A stretch of 64,000 bases of DNA from an uncultured Bacteroidales bacterium (GTDB lineage Bacteria; Bacteroidota; Bacteroidia; Bacteroidales; VadinHA17), in the NCBI GenBank assembly GCA_942492865.1, contig OW818650.1:4029425-4093424 (forward strand). The letters are read 5' to 3'. The notes under the pieces are model-generated. The model was not told where the DNA came from. It made no database searches and saw nothing but the letters and a program-made list of their open reading frames with translations. Positions 26,653-35,932 of this stretch are shown here, one piece after another (position 1 is the first letter of the stretch; each line of letters starts with the position of its first letter). A program made the position numbers and the translations under genes.

Positions 26653-26700
26653 CTACCTCAATAATATAAAATCTCTATTTCATATTATTGAGGTAGTTAG
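26649..26700. terminator. 19-bp perfect inverted repeat spanning the convergent 3' ends (possible bidirectional terminator)
   Basis: CTAACTACCTCAATAATAT (26649-26667), a 14-nt loop, then ATATTATTGAGGTAGTTAG (26682-26700). There are no flanking U-tracts. The right arm encodes the last codons (NYLNNMK) of the 26675-28183 gene. Confidence 0.45.
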
Positions 26701-28183
26701 ACAGGGTCGTAATGTTACGAATAAATGTCTGGCATGAGATTATTTCTGCATCAACAAATAGTTTTTCCGGGATCCCGGTCTTTAACCTTCCGTTTTCCAA
26801 CCAACGGCCCCTGTCATCAAGCCTGCTGATGATCTCTTTTACAGTTTCCGGGTCAATCTTACGAACCTGCTTAAGCATCTGTTCCTTAATAATTTTTTCG
26901 CGACCTTCCTTTATAATACGGTTGTATTCCGACCTGATACCTTCAATTGAAGATGTCCCGGCAACCTTGAATGCATAATGGTTCGGAAGGTCAGTATCTT
27001 CATATATAAGTGTATAATCTTTCAGATCAGGGAAGGCAGGTTGGGGAAGATTTGAATATTGCCGTGATGCATTAAAATATAGCGGCCTGTTGGTTTTAAG
27101 TTCGTAAAACCGGGCGAGGCGTTTATCGGGTAGCAGAGAATTTTCGGCCCACTTCAGTGCTTTTGGGATCGGTTCAAGGAATTTCCCGTCACCTGTTTCA
27201 ACATATAATTTCAATAAGGTTCGCATAACGCTGAATGACTCCCCGCCTGTAACTGCAGGAGGTTCAAATTTCCGTGCCCAGGCAGGCTCCATGTTCAGAT
27301 TATACTGTTGAGCCCATGCAGGCTGAGGCTCAGGCATCTGGGCCAGTATGATGAAATCACCACATCTTTTTGCTGCACTAATGTATCTCTCATCATTATA
27401 AATCTTAAATGCTTCGATCATGGTGGAGATTACATCAGCCATTGTGCCGTCGTTAAAAGTATAATAATTATCGTATGGAACTCCCGGAAACTCCTTTGAC
27501 CATGTTTCAGGATAATGCGCTTTGAGCACAGGATAATTGGATGGATCGGGAGGAAGCCTGAAACGCTGGGGCCAGGCTCCGTTTGGATACTGAACCTTCA
27601 GCAATGCATTAAGACAGTAGAGCGCTGCATTATGGATCTCTTCATCTTTAAATCCGAGCTCCCGGTCAATAGTCATCAGCAATTGAAGAGCGCTCTGGGT
27701 TGTCCTGTCATCAAGCGTGGATGTGTTCCTGCGGCTACCGGCTACAGTATCGCCTTTTTCAACATCTCTCCTGTAGTGCCATTTTTTGCTCTCCGTCTGA
27801 TCAAAATCAATCCGGTAATCCCATCCCCCGGTTGCCAGTTGCCCCCACACAAGGGCACGCGAAGCAGAAACTGCTCCATTAAGATACATTCTATCACCTG
27901 TGGCTTTATATGCTTCATAAAAAGCCATCCCTACAGCAGGAGTTCCCGGAGGCTGAACCCATATCATTGAAGGTGAAGCCACCTCTTCCCCCTGTCGCAT
28001 TGTAAAATCACTCTTATAGTAGAACAGGTAACCACCTTTTGTTGCAACTTCCTTCAGGAAAAACTCCGCTGATCTTTTAATTGCAATAACTACCTCCTCT
28101 TTAAGATGCTGATCCTGTGCAACTACATTCACGTTGAAAAGGAAAAACAGCCCTGACAGAAAACAGATGTAAGTATTTTTCAT
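26675..28183 (-). CDS. Secreted alpha/alpha-toroid protein, possible PL10 (PelA/Pel-15E-type) pectate lyase
   Basis: Signal peptide. GGWDY, STLDDRTT, QYPNGAWPQRF, YTFNDGTM and AWAQQYN resemble my recollection of PL10 motifs (GGW, xDNxAT, NGGWPQ, TFNDxAM, WxxQHD). Confidence 0.45.
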   Translation of the reverse strand: MKNTYICFLSGLFFLFNVNVVAQDQHLKEEVVIAIKRSAEFFLKEVATKGGYLFYYKSDFTMRQGEEVASPSMIWVQPPGTPAVGMAFYEAYKATGDRMYLNGAVSASRALVWGQLATGGWDYRIDFDQTESKKWHYRRDVEKGDTVAGSRRNTSTLDDRTTQSALQLLMTIDRELGFKDEEIHNAALYCLNALLKVQYPNGAWPQRFRLPPDPSNYPVLKAHYPETWSKEFPGVPYDNYYTFNDGTMADVISTMIEAFKIYNDERYISAAKRCGDFIILAQMPEPQPAWAQQYNLNMEPAWARKFEPPAVTGGESFSVMRTLLKLYVETGDGKFLEPIPKALKWAENSLLPDKRLARFYELKTNRPLYFNASRQYSNLPQPAFPDLKDYTLIYEDTDLPNHYAFKVAGTSSIEGIRSEYNRIIKEGREKIIKEQMLKQVRKIDPETVKEIISRLDDRGRWLENGRLKTGIPEKLFVDAEIISCQTFIRNITTLSNYLNNMK

Positions 28184-28323
28184 AGTGTTAAAATTCGGGA
28201 ATTCAAGGATTAAAACCTCTCAAAACTAACTCTTTTCCTGAATTATGATATTAAAAAGAAAAAAATTATAGTGATACTAAAAAGATTTAAGTGATATTAT
28301 TGTGATTTATAAAAATTATTATT

Positions 28324-28331
28324 TATCTTTG
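28324..28331 (+). promoter_or_regulatory. Candidate -7 box TAtcTTTG for the thioredoxin pair
   Basis: TATCTTTG lies 40 nt upstream of the ATG at 28371. Confidence 0.4.
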
Positions 28332-28370
28332 TATCGACATATTTAAATATGTTCATTTAATAAACCAAAA

Positions 28371-28865
28371 ATGAAGATAACAATGAAAAAGATAATAATC
28401 ATTTCAGCAGTTCTGGTTGCATTTGTTCTGACTGGTATACTGGCAATTAACCCTGGAAAAAGTAACAAGAGCAACATTGCGGAAGTAACAGCATCTGAGT
28501 CGGGCACAGAAGTTATTATGCTTACATACGATTCTTTTAAGAAGCTTGTTTTTGATTACGAAAAAAATAAGGAATGGAAATATGAGGGTGACAAACCTGC
28601 AATTATTGACTTTTATGCTGACTGGTGTGCTCCCTGCCGTCAGTTATCGCCTGTTGTTGAGCAAGTGGCAAAAGAATATGCCGGTAAAATTGTTGTTTAC
28701 AAAGTAGATACACAAAAAGAACAGAAGCTTGCCGGCAGCCTGGGAATTCAGAGCCTGCCCACCCTACTCTTTATCCCTGTCGAAGGAAAACCACAGATAT
28801 CGCTTGGCGCCATACCGAAGGAAACTTTAGTTCAGGCAATTAACGATATATTATCGGTAAAATAA
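28371..28865 (+). CDS. Thioredoxin, membrane-anchored/exported form
   Basis: An N-terminal TM/signal segment (IIIISAVLVAFVLTGILA) followed by a thioredoxin fold with WCAPC. Confidence 0.85.
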   Translation: MKITMKKIIIISAVLVAFVLTGILAINPGKSNKSNIAEVTASESGTEVIMLTYDSFKKLVFDYEKNKEWKYEGDKPAIIDFYADWCAPCRQLSPVVEQVAKEYAGKIVVYKVDTQKEQKLAGSLGIQSLPTLLFIPVEGKPQISLGAIPKETLVQAINDILSVK

Positions 28866-28908
28866 AAAGTAAGAAACACATAAAATATTGATCTTAAAAT
28901 AAAAAAAA

Positions 28909-29283
28909 ATGAATACAGAAATTAATCATGTAGTACACCTTACCGCTCAGGATTTCAAGGAAAAAGTATTTGATTATGAGGCAGGCAGCGAGTGGAAATA
29001 CGCCGGAAGCCTGCCAGCAATTGTCGATTTTTATGCTGACTGGTGCGGACCATGCAAAATGGTTGCTCCGGTTCTGGAAGATCTTGCCCGTGAATATGCA
29101 GGGAAGATTATGATTTATAAAGTTGATACTGAAAATGAGCAGGAACTTGCTGCCGTATTCGGAATACAGAGCATCCCGACACTTCTATTTGTCCCGAAAG
29201 AAGGCCAGCCACAGGCTGCTATGGGCGCACTGCCGAAACAAACATTTGAAAAAGTAATTAATGACGTCCTGTTAAAGAACTAA
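28909..29283 (+). CDS. Thioredoxin (cytoplasmic paralogue)
   Basis: WCGPC active site. It is collinear with the C-terminal 110 aa of the upstream paralogue and has no signal sequence. Confidence 0.85.
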   Translation: MNTEINHVVHLTAQDFKEKVFDYEAGSEWKYAGSLPAIVDFYADWCGPCKMVAPVLEDLAREYAGKIMIYKVDTENEQELAAVFGIQSIPTLLFVPKEGQPQAAMGALPKQTFEKVINDVLLKN

Positions 29284-29314
29284 GTAAGGCAATTATTACT
29301 ATATCATGAACCGT

Positions 29315-29352
29315 GAAAGGCTGCTTCGTAAGGAGCAGCTTTTCTCTTTTTT
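29315..29352. terminator. Intrinsic terminator after the thioredoxin genes
   Basis: GAAAGGCTGCT-tcgtaagg-AGCAGCTTTTC (one mismatch) followed by a T-rich run. Confidence 0.65.
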
Positions 29353-29425
29353 ATTAAATCAGATGGCTGACTGATCCCTGAAATCCGATTATTATCTGAC
29401 GCAAATTATCTTTTCAGCAAATTAT

Positions 29426-29941
29426 TTATTTCTTATTACGGCTGGCACCCCTGTCGAGCATTAGATCAAGATCCTCTTTTAAAGATTGCAGGTCCTCTTC
29501 GTGTTCAACTTCCTGGGAAAGTATATTAAGGATCATATTATATGTAACGGGGTCGGCTGTTCGTGTAATCTCAAGCAGCTCATTATAGACCCGGATCGCA
29601 CATTGTTCTCCCTTTATATTCTGATTTAAAATTTCTTCAACATACTCATCTTCAGGCTTGTCATAACCGCAATTGGTCAACTTCATCCAGTCTTCCGGAC
29701 TTAATACCGGAGTTCCCCGCAGCTGGATTATTCTGGCTGAAATTAATTCGGCATGACTTAACTCTTCTGTAGCATGAAGGGTTAATTCAGCTATAACTGC
29801 ATCTTTCATTGGGCCCTTGACAACTTTTGCACCTATCCAGTACTGGTAATAAGCCAGCCATTCATCCGATAAGGCCTTGTTTAAAAGATTGATAAGTTCT
29901 TCGACATCCATCTTAACAATTTCTCTTCCTTTTTGTCCCAT
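29426..29941 (-). CDS. Ferritin-superfamily DPS-like (DPSL) protein
   Basis: A four-helix-bundle di-iron pattern (WLAYYQYW...HATEELSHAE...EVEHEEDL). It resembles the DPSL class described in Bacteroides fragilis and archaea. Thioredoxin genes are adjacent. Confidence 0.6.
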   Translation of the reverse strand: MGQKGREIVKMDVEELINLLNKALSDEWLAYYQYWIGAKVVKGPMKDAVIAELTLHATEELSHAELISARIIQLRGTPVLSPEDWMKLTNCGYDKPEDEYVEEILNQNIKGEQCAIRVYNELLEITRTADPVTYNMILNILSQEVEHEEDLQSLKEDLDLMLDRGASRNKK

Positions 29942-30164
29942 GGTAATTTTATATTAAAAATATTTGAACTTTAAATAATCAACTTCCTTTTTTGCTACAA
30001 TCAGCCTTAACTGTAATCAAGAACGCTTTACGTAAAATTAACTGTTTAATTCAGCCAGTACAAATTTTTATTAAGCTTGTCTCAAAATATTTTCTGTCAA
30101 TAGATGTTCATCTCTCAATTTGGGGTGAAAATTAATTGGCCCGGTTGAGGGTTGATTTTTTTGA

Positions 30165-30172
30165 TAACTTTG
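30165..30172 (+). promoter_or_regulatory. Candidate -7 box TAacTTTG for the SIS/MFS/kinase operon
   Basis: TAACTTTG lies 24 nt upstream of the ATG at 30196. Confidence 0.35.
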
Positions 30173-30195
30173 GCCTGACATTATCTGATTAATTT

Positions 30196-30801
30196 ATGAT
30201 AGAAAAGATCAGGGATATACTTAATAAAGAAGCATCGGCTATTAATAACATCCCGGTTACGGGAAGTTTTGAAAATGCAATTGCCATAATATACAAACAG
30301 GTTCATAACAGGAACGGCAAGCTGGTGACCAGCGGAATGGGCAAGGCCGGGCAGATAGCGCACAACATTGCAACTACTTTCAGTTCTACAGGAACTCCGG
30401 CAGTATTTCTTCATCCCAGCGAGGCCCAGCACGGGGATCTTGGTATCCTTCAGAAAGATGATGCCATTCTTGCTATTTCCAATTCCGGAAAAACAAGAGA
30501 AATAATAGAGCTTATAGAACTTAAGAATAATCTTTATCCCCAGATTCCTGTCATTGTTATCACAGGCAATGAGGATAGTCCGGTTGCCCGGAAATCTGAT
30601 TGCTGTATTCTGACCGGCTCGCCCGGTGAGGTCTGTTCACTGGGATTAACTCCCACCACATCAACCACAGTTATGACAGTTATCGGAGATGCCCTTGTTG
30701 TATTGATGATGGAAAAAATCGGATTTAAAATGTCAGATTACGCAAACAGGCATCACGGAGGATATCTCGGAATGAAGTCGAGAGAGATTTCAGGAAAGTA
30801 A
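30196..30801 (+). CDS. Single-domain SIS sugar-phosphate isomerase, KpsF/GutQ-like (arabinose-5-phosphate isomerase type) without CBS domains
   Basis: GKLVTSGMGKAGQIAHNIATTFSSTGTPAVFLHPSEAQHGDLG...AISNSGKT is collinear with the KpsF SIS domain. At 201 aa there is no room for the CBS pair. Confidence 0.7.
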   Translation: MIEKIRDILNKEASAINNIPVTGSFENAIAIIYKQVHNRNGKLVTSGMGKAGQIAHNIATTFSSTGTPAVFLHPSEAQHGDLGILQKDDAILAISNSGKTREIIELIELKNNLYPQIPVIVITGNEDSPVARKSDCCILTGSPGEVCSLGLTPTTSTTVMTVIGDALVVLMMEKIGFKMSDYANRHHGGYLGMKSREISGK

Positions 30802-30927
30802 TATCGATAAAATGTTTCTACCGGTTGCAGCATCTTATAAAAAAGATTAGTTTTGAAACCTCTGAAACAAAAACATAAAAGTTCTGAAGATAATCTAAGT
30901 TAAACTAACCCAAATAACTTTCAGTTT

Positions 30928-32271
30928 ATGGCTACCACCACATCTTACAACGGGATCAGCAGAAAAGATTATGTATTTTCAATAATCATAATTGGTCTGT
31001 TCTTTTTCATTTTTGGCTTTGTTACCTGGCTGAACGGTATTCTTATACCATTTTTAAAAACTGCCTGTGAGTTAAATGATTTCCAGGCATATTTTGTAAC
31101 TTTTGCATTTTACCTTTCATACCTGGTAATGGCATTACCTTCATCGGCAGTGCTCAAGAAGACAGGATTTAAAAATGGGATGTCGGTTGGTCTCTGGATA
31201 ATGGCCCTTGGATCATTGATCTTCATTCCTGCAGCTATGACAAGGACCTTTGGCCTGTTTCTTTTTGGCCTATTCGTAGAAGGTACGGGACTTGCTCTTC
31301 TGCAGACTGCTTCCAATCCATATATAACTATTATCGGACCTCCTGAGAGCGCTGCAAAACGAATAAGCATAATGGGTATTGCCAACAAATTTGCCGGCGC
31401 CATAGCTCCAATAATCCTTGCAAGTATCATTCTGAAAGATTCTCTGGAGCTCGAGGCTAAGCTGGCTCAGTCGCTTGATGCAGCAACACGCGCCGGACTT
31501 CTTGATGAGCTTGCTTCAAGGGTAATAATGCCTTATATAGTAATGTCTATTATACTAGTCCTGCTGGGACTGCTGCTGAAGTTTGCTCATCTTCCTGAAA
31601 TTGACACCGATGCTGAAGATTCTTCAGTAGGAGAAGCAAACACAAAGAAGACAAGCATCTGGCACTTCCCGCATCTTATACTGGGTGTTGTAGCATTATT
31701 CTTTTATGTTGGCGTGGAAGTGATTGCCGGTGACACAATTATCAGGTACGGACAATCGATAGGTATTGCGATGGAGTCGGCAAAATACTATACCTCACTA
31801 ACATTACTCGGGATGATAGCCGGATATGTAATAGGTATATCATTCATACCAAAGTACCTGAGCCAGGTTACTGCATTAAGGTTTAGTACGATTTTTGGTG
31901 TCATCTTCTCACTTGGGGCAATCCTTTCTCCTGCTGATCTCATTTTCTCCTTCCCTTTTATTGATATTATGACACTGAAATCAATAGAAATGGTATTACC
32001 GGTATCGGTATTGTTTGTTGCTCTTCTTGGTCTAGCCAATGCCCTGGTATGGCCTGCTATGTGGCCACTTGCACTTGACGGGCTCGGAAGGTTCACAAAA
32101 ACAGGTTCAGCCCTGCTTATAATGGCTATTGCAGGTGGAGCGATAATGCCACTAATTTATGGTAAACTTGCTGTTGCCATTTCGACTCAGCAGGCTTACT
32201 GGATATGTGTACCTTCATATCTTATTATCATGTATTATGCGTTTGTTGGATATAAAGCCGGAAAAAAATAA
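30928..32271 (+). CDS. MFS sugar:H+ symporter, FucP/GluP (glucose/galactose-fucose) family
   Basis: 447 aa with 12 TM helices. The N-terminal FFIFGFVTWLNGILIPFLK pattern is typical of the FHS/GluP family. Confidence 0.7.
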   Translation: MATTTSYNGISRKDYVFSIIIIGLFFFIFGFVTWLNGILIPFLKTACELNDFQAYFVTFAFYLSYLVMALPSSAVLKKTGFKNGMSVGLWIMALGSLIFIPAAMTRTFGLFLFGLFVEGTGLALLQTASNPYITIIGPPESAAKRISIMGIANKFAGAIAPIILASIILKDSLELEAKLAQSLDAATRAGLLDELASRVIMPYIVMSIILVLLGLLLKFAHLPEIDTDAEDSSVGEANTKKTSIWHFPHLILGVVALFFYVGVEVIAGDTIIRYGQSIGIAMESAKYYTSLTLLGMIAGYVIGISFIPKYLSQVTALRFSTIFGVIFSLGAILSPADLIFSFPFIDIMTLKSIEMVLPVSVLFVALLGLANALVWPAMWPLALDGLGRFTKTGSALLIMAIAGGAIMPLIYGKLAVAISTQQAYWICVPSYLIIMYYAFVGYKAGKK

Positions 32272-33365
32272 TGGTAAATAATTTAAAAGAAATTTTTGCT
32301 CAGTTTACTGCAGAAGGAACCTTTCTTAGTGGCGAACCTTATGGCAGCGGTCATATACACGATACTTTTCTTGTAAAGACCGCCGAAGAAGAAAAGGATG
32401 ATTACATTCTTCAGCGACTCAATAACAAAATTTTCAAAAATATACCTGAACTTCAGGATAATATTGAACGTGTCACCATTCATTTAAGAAAGAAGCTCCT
32501 TGCAGTTCCGGGTGCCGACGTCAAAAGGGAGTGTCTTACACTGATACCGGCCTTAAATGGTAAAACATGGATCATTGACAGCGATGGCGACTATTGGAGA
32601 ATGTATATCTTCATTACAAGGCACCGGTCGTATAACATAGTTGATACAGAAGGCAAGGCGTTTGAAGGCGGTAAAGCTATCGGACGGTTTCAGGCTATGC
32701 TGGCTGACCTGCCGGGGAAACCTTTGTTTGAAACTATTCCGTATTTTCACGATATTGAAAGGAGGCTCGATACCTTTGACAGGAAGATAAAGGAAAATCC
32801 GGCAGGCAGAGTTGAAAAAGTCAGGCCTGAAATAGATTTTATACTGGCAAGAGCCGATAAAATGAAGATCATTTTACAACTGGGCAGAGAGGGCAAAATA
32901 CCTGTAAGGATAACTCATAATGATACAAAATTCAACAATATCCTTCTTGACGAGGACGACAAGGCTCTCTGTGTGATAGACCTCGATACGGTGATGCCCG
33001 GTTTTGTTCATTATGACTTTGGCGATTCTATACGGACAGTTGCAAACAACGCCGCAGAAGATGAGAAGGATCTTTCAATGGTAACAATGAATATAAAACT
33101 ATTTGAATCTTATGCTCAGGGTTATCTGTCGGAAGCCAAAAACACCCTCAATGATGTTGAAAAAGAATACCTGGCATTTGCTCCCCTGCTAATTACTTAC
33201 ACTATCGCACTCAGGTTCCTTACCGATCATATTGATGGTGACAATTATTTTAAGATCCACCATGAGAATCATAACCTGCAACGTGCCAGAGCTCAGTTCA
33301 GGCTTGTAGAAAGCATGGAAGAACAGTATGGGGCAATGAAAGATATTATCAGGAAACTGGTTTAG
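32271..33365 (+). CDS. APH-fold anomeric sugar kinase, N-acetylhexosamine 1-kinase (NahK)/AmgK-like
   Basis: EPYGSGHIHDTFLV...YILQRLNNKIF matches the remembered NahK N-terminus (EPYGDGHINTTYLV...YILQQMNTSIF). It also has the HNDTKFNNIL catalytic loop and an IDLDT motif. Its start overlaps the transporter stop (TAATG). Confidence 0.65.
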   Translation: MVNNLKEIFAQFTAEGTFLSGEPYGSGHIHDTFLVKTAEEEKDDYILQRLNNKIFKNIPELQDNIERVTIHLRKKLLAVPGADVKRECLTLIPALNGKTWIIDSDGDYWRMYIFITRHRSYNIVDTEGKAFEGGKAIGRFQAMLADLPGKPLFETIPYFHDIERRLDTFDRKIKENPAGRVEKVRPEIDFILARADKMKIILQLGREGKIPVRITHNDTKFNNILLDEDDKALCVIDLDTVMPGFVHYDFGDSIRTVANNAAEDEKDLSMVTMNIKLFESYAQGYLSEAKNTLNDVEKEYLAFAPLLITYTIALRFLTDHIDGDNYFKIHHENHNLQRARAQFRLVESMEEQYGAMKDIIRKLV

Positions 33366-33372
33366 TTTGAAT

Positions 33373-33431
33373 GGTTCCGGGTTTGACTTCGTCGGGCTCA
33401 GCTTTGCCCCGGTTCGGGTTTCGGGTTTCGG
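33373..33431. repeat. Heptamer+core repeat element (sibling of 51254-51390)
   Basis: GGTTCCGGGTTT-GACTTCGTCGGGCTCAGCTTTGCCCCGG-TTCGGGTTTCGGGTTTCGG, 8 nt after the kinase stop. Confidence 0.85.
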
Positions 33432-33525
33432 ATAGGTGAGTACTAAGATGTAAAAAAGGTTGAAAAAAATCTTAACTAAAAGCTCCCTGCCCCATGGTAA
33501 GGGTAAGGAATAGGGGCAAATAATT

Positions 33526-34140
33526 ATGGAGTGGTCTAAAGAAGAAATAAGGATTTTTAAGACGCTGGACAATCCGGATAAGATACAGCAATATCTTGAT
33601 TCATTAGAATATAATCCTGGCTACGAATGCAGATCTCCGCGCCAGGTCATTAAAAAAAAGTCGGCACATTGCTTTGAAGGAGCTCTCTTTGCTGCCGCAG
33701 CATTGCAGTTCATCGGCTACAAGCCCCTGCTGGTCGATATGCTTGCCGAGAACGACGACGACCATGTAATAGCAGTTTTCAAAGAGAACGGACACTGGGG
33801 CGCTGTTGCAAAATCAAATTTTACAACACTTCGGTTCAGAGAGCCTGTTTATCGTTCAATACGTGAACTGGTTATGTCGTACTTTGATTTCTATTTCAAT
33901 TTAAACGGCGACAAATCACTAAGATCTTACTCTCTTCCTTTAAATCTTTCAATGTTTGAAGGACGCAACTGGGCTACTACAGATGAAGACCTGGAATACA
34001 TAGGCGACAAGCTCGAAGCCCTGAAACACTTCCAGGTAGCGGACACGGGCATGATAAGTAAGCTCTCCAAAGCAAGTGGGTCCATGATGCAGGCCGGAAT
34101 GCTGGGATCAAAACCGGAAGGACTATTTAAACCAAAATAG
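33526..34140 (+). CDS. Hypothetical protein, possible transglutaminase-like Cys-peptidase fold
   Basis: SAHCFEGALFAAAAL...DDDHVIAVF suggests a Cys/His/Asp core. This is a weak, motif-only assignment. Confidence 0.35.
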   Translation: MEWSKEEIRIFKTLDNPDKIQQYLDSLEYNPGYECRSPRQVIKKKSAHCFEGALFAAAALQFIGYKPLLVDMLAENDDDHVIAVFKENGHWGAVAKSNFTTLRFREPVYRSIRELVMSYFDFYFNLNGDKSLRSYSLPLNLSMFEGRNWATTDEDLEYIGDKLEALKHFQVADTGMISKLSKASGSMMQAGMLGSKPEGLFKPK

Positions 34141-34267
34141 TTCCGGGAAATTATGCAACAATATCAATTCGAAAAATAACGTATATCAAATACCTTATTT
34201 TATGACAGTTGAAATTACCAGGATCATTCGGTTCGAATGATAATTTGGAATTGCAACGATATTGTAA

Positions 34268-34275
34268 TATTTTTG
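34268..34275 (+). promoter_or_regulatory. Candidate -7 box TAttTTTG for the carboxylase operon
   Basis: TATTTTTG lies 75 nt upstream of the ATG at 34350. Confidence 0.3.
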
Positions 34276-34349
34276 TATCTTTTTAAATTACAGGTAAAAT
34301 GGGCTGACATCACCAGTCTGGTGTTAATAATGATATAAAACAAAAAGAA

Positions 34350-35906
34350 ATGGATTTATCAGGCAAACCATATAAAGCTTTTATAGCGCGTCAGGAATCT
34401 TTAAAACAACAATACAGCCCAAAACAGGCCGAGAAACAGCATCTTAAAGGAAAGCTTACAGCCCATGAGCGTATTAATCTATTATACGATGAAGGCACTT
34501 TTGAGGAGGTTGACACTTTCGTAACCCCTGCTGATCAACCTGTCGAATTCGGTAAAGTTGAAAGATCATACGGTGACGGAGTGATAGTTGGTCATGGGAA
34601 AATAAATGGAAGGCTTGTATTCGCTTATGCCCAGGATTTTACAATTATGGGAGGGTCGCTGGGAATTGTTCATGCAAAAAAGATAGCCAAGATTCAGGAG
34701 ATGGCATTAAAGATGGGTGCACCCATAATTGCCCTCATAGATTCGGGAGGTGCAAGGATTCAGGAGGGAGTGGCCAGTCTCAGCGGCTATGCAGGTATCT
34801 TTCATAATATAATTCAATCCTCCGGAATAATCCCGCAGATATCAGTTATTATGGGGCCTGCTGCAGGCGGAGCTGTTTATTCTCCGGCTCTAACCGATTT
34901 TGTCTTTATGGTGAACAATACAAGTTACATGTTTGTGACTGGTCCTAATGTTGTTAAGGAAGTTTTAAATGAAGATGTAACTTTCGACGGACTTGGAGGG
35001 GCTGAAATACATGCCCGAAAAAGCGGGGTGGCACACATGATCTATGATGATGAGGAAAATACTATCCTCGCACTTAAGAAATTCCTCTCCTATCTGCCTT
35101 CCAACAATGTTGAGAATCCGCCTTTTGCAGCTGATGACGGAACATGCACCGATATAAATTATAAGCTCAGGGACATAATCCCCGATGATCCGAACAAAGC
35201 ATACGACGTAAAGGATGTTATAAACAACATCGTTGACCGCAACAGCTTCTTCGAAACTTCCGAACTGTTCGCAGCTAATCTGGTTACAGGTTTTGCAAGA
35301 TTAAAAGGAAAAACTATCGGTATTGTAGCCAATCAGCCTAAGGTGCTCGCCGGTGTTCTGGATATAGATTCTTCTGTAAAAGGTGCAAGGTTTATAAGGT
35401 TTTGCGATGCTTTCAACATTCCGCTCATTACACTGGAAGATGTACCCGGCTTCCTTCCGGGTGTTGACCAGGAACATGCAGGTATAATAAGGCATGGTGC
35501 AAAGATGTTATTCGCATACAGCGAGGCAACGGTTCCCAAGATCACCGTGATACTGAGAAAAGCGTATGGCGGGGCATTCATAGTAATGAATTCGAAAAAT
35601 CTTGGCGGAGATTTCAATTTTGCATGGCCCACGGCTGAAATAGCTGTAATGGGTCCCGACGGAGCAGTCGCCATACTTTACAGAAAGGAACTCGCTGAGT
35701 CAAAAAATCCTGCCGAATTGAAAAAGGAGCTGGTAAAGAAATACCGTGACAAAATTGCAAATCCTTTTATTGCAGATGAAAGCGGGTATATTGATGAAGT
35801 CATTGATCCGGCCGTTACAAGAAAAAAGATACTGTCAGCATTAAACGCACTCAATAATAAATGGGTCAAAGTGCCTGCCAGAAAACACGGGAATATGCCT
35901 TTGTAA
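34350..35906 (+). CDS. Acyl-CoA carboxylase carboxyltransferase subunit (propionyl-CoA carboxylase beta / methylmalonyl-CoA decarboxylase alpha family)
   Basis: GKLTAHERINLLYDEGTF, DFTIMGGSLG, DSGGARIQEG and MGPAAGGAVYSPALTDF. 518 aa. Confidence 0.9.
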   Translation: MDLSGKPYKAFIARQESLKQQYSPKQAEKQHLKGKLTAHERINLLYDEGTFEEVDTFVTPADQPVEFGKVERSYGDGVIVGHGKINGRLVFAYAQDFTIMGGSLGIVHAKKIAKIQEMALKMGAPIIALIDSGGARIQEGVASLSGYAGIFHNIIQSSGIIPQISVIMGPAAGGAVYSPALTDFVFMVNNTSYMFVTGPNVVKEVLNEDVTFDGLGGAEIHARKSGVAHMIYDDEENTILALKKFLSYLPSNNVENPPFAADDGTCTDINYKLRDIIPDDPNKAYDVKDVINNIVDRNSFFETSELFAANLVTGFARLKGKTIGIVANQPKVLAGVLDIDSSVKGARFIRFCDAFNIPLITLEDVPGFLPGVDQEHAGIIRHGAKMLFAYSEATVPKITVILRKAYGGAFIVMNSKNLGGDFNFAWPTAEIAVMGPDGAVAILYRKELAESKNPAELKKELVKKYRDKIANPFIADESGYIDEVIDPAVTRKKILSALNALNNKWVKVPARKHGNMPL

Positions 35907-35932
35907 ATTAATGATCTTAAACAAATCAAATA

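Noticed and set aside
33189-33572. 127-aa minus-strand ORF containing PKPETRTGAKLSPTKSNPEP
   Set aside because: It reads through the repeat element and overlaps the ends of two well-supported plus-strand genes. It is a shadow ORF.
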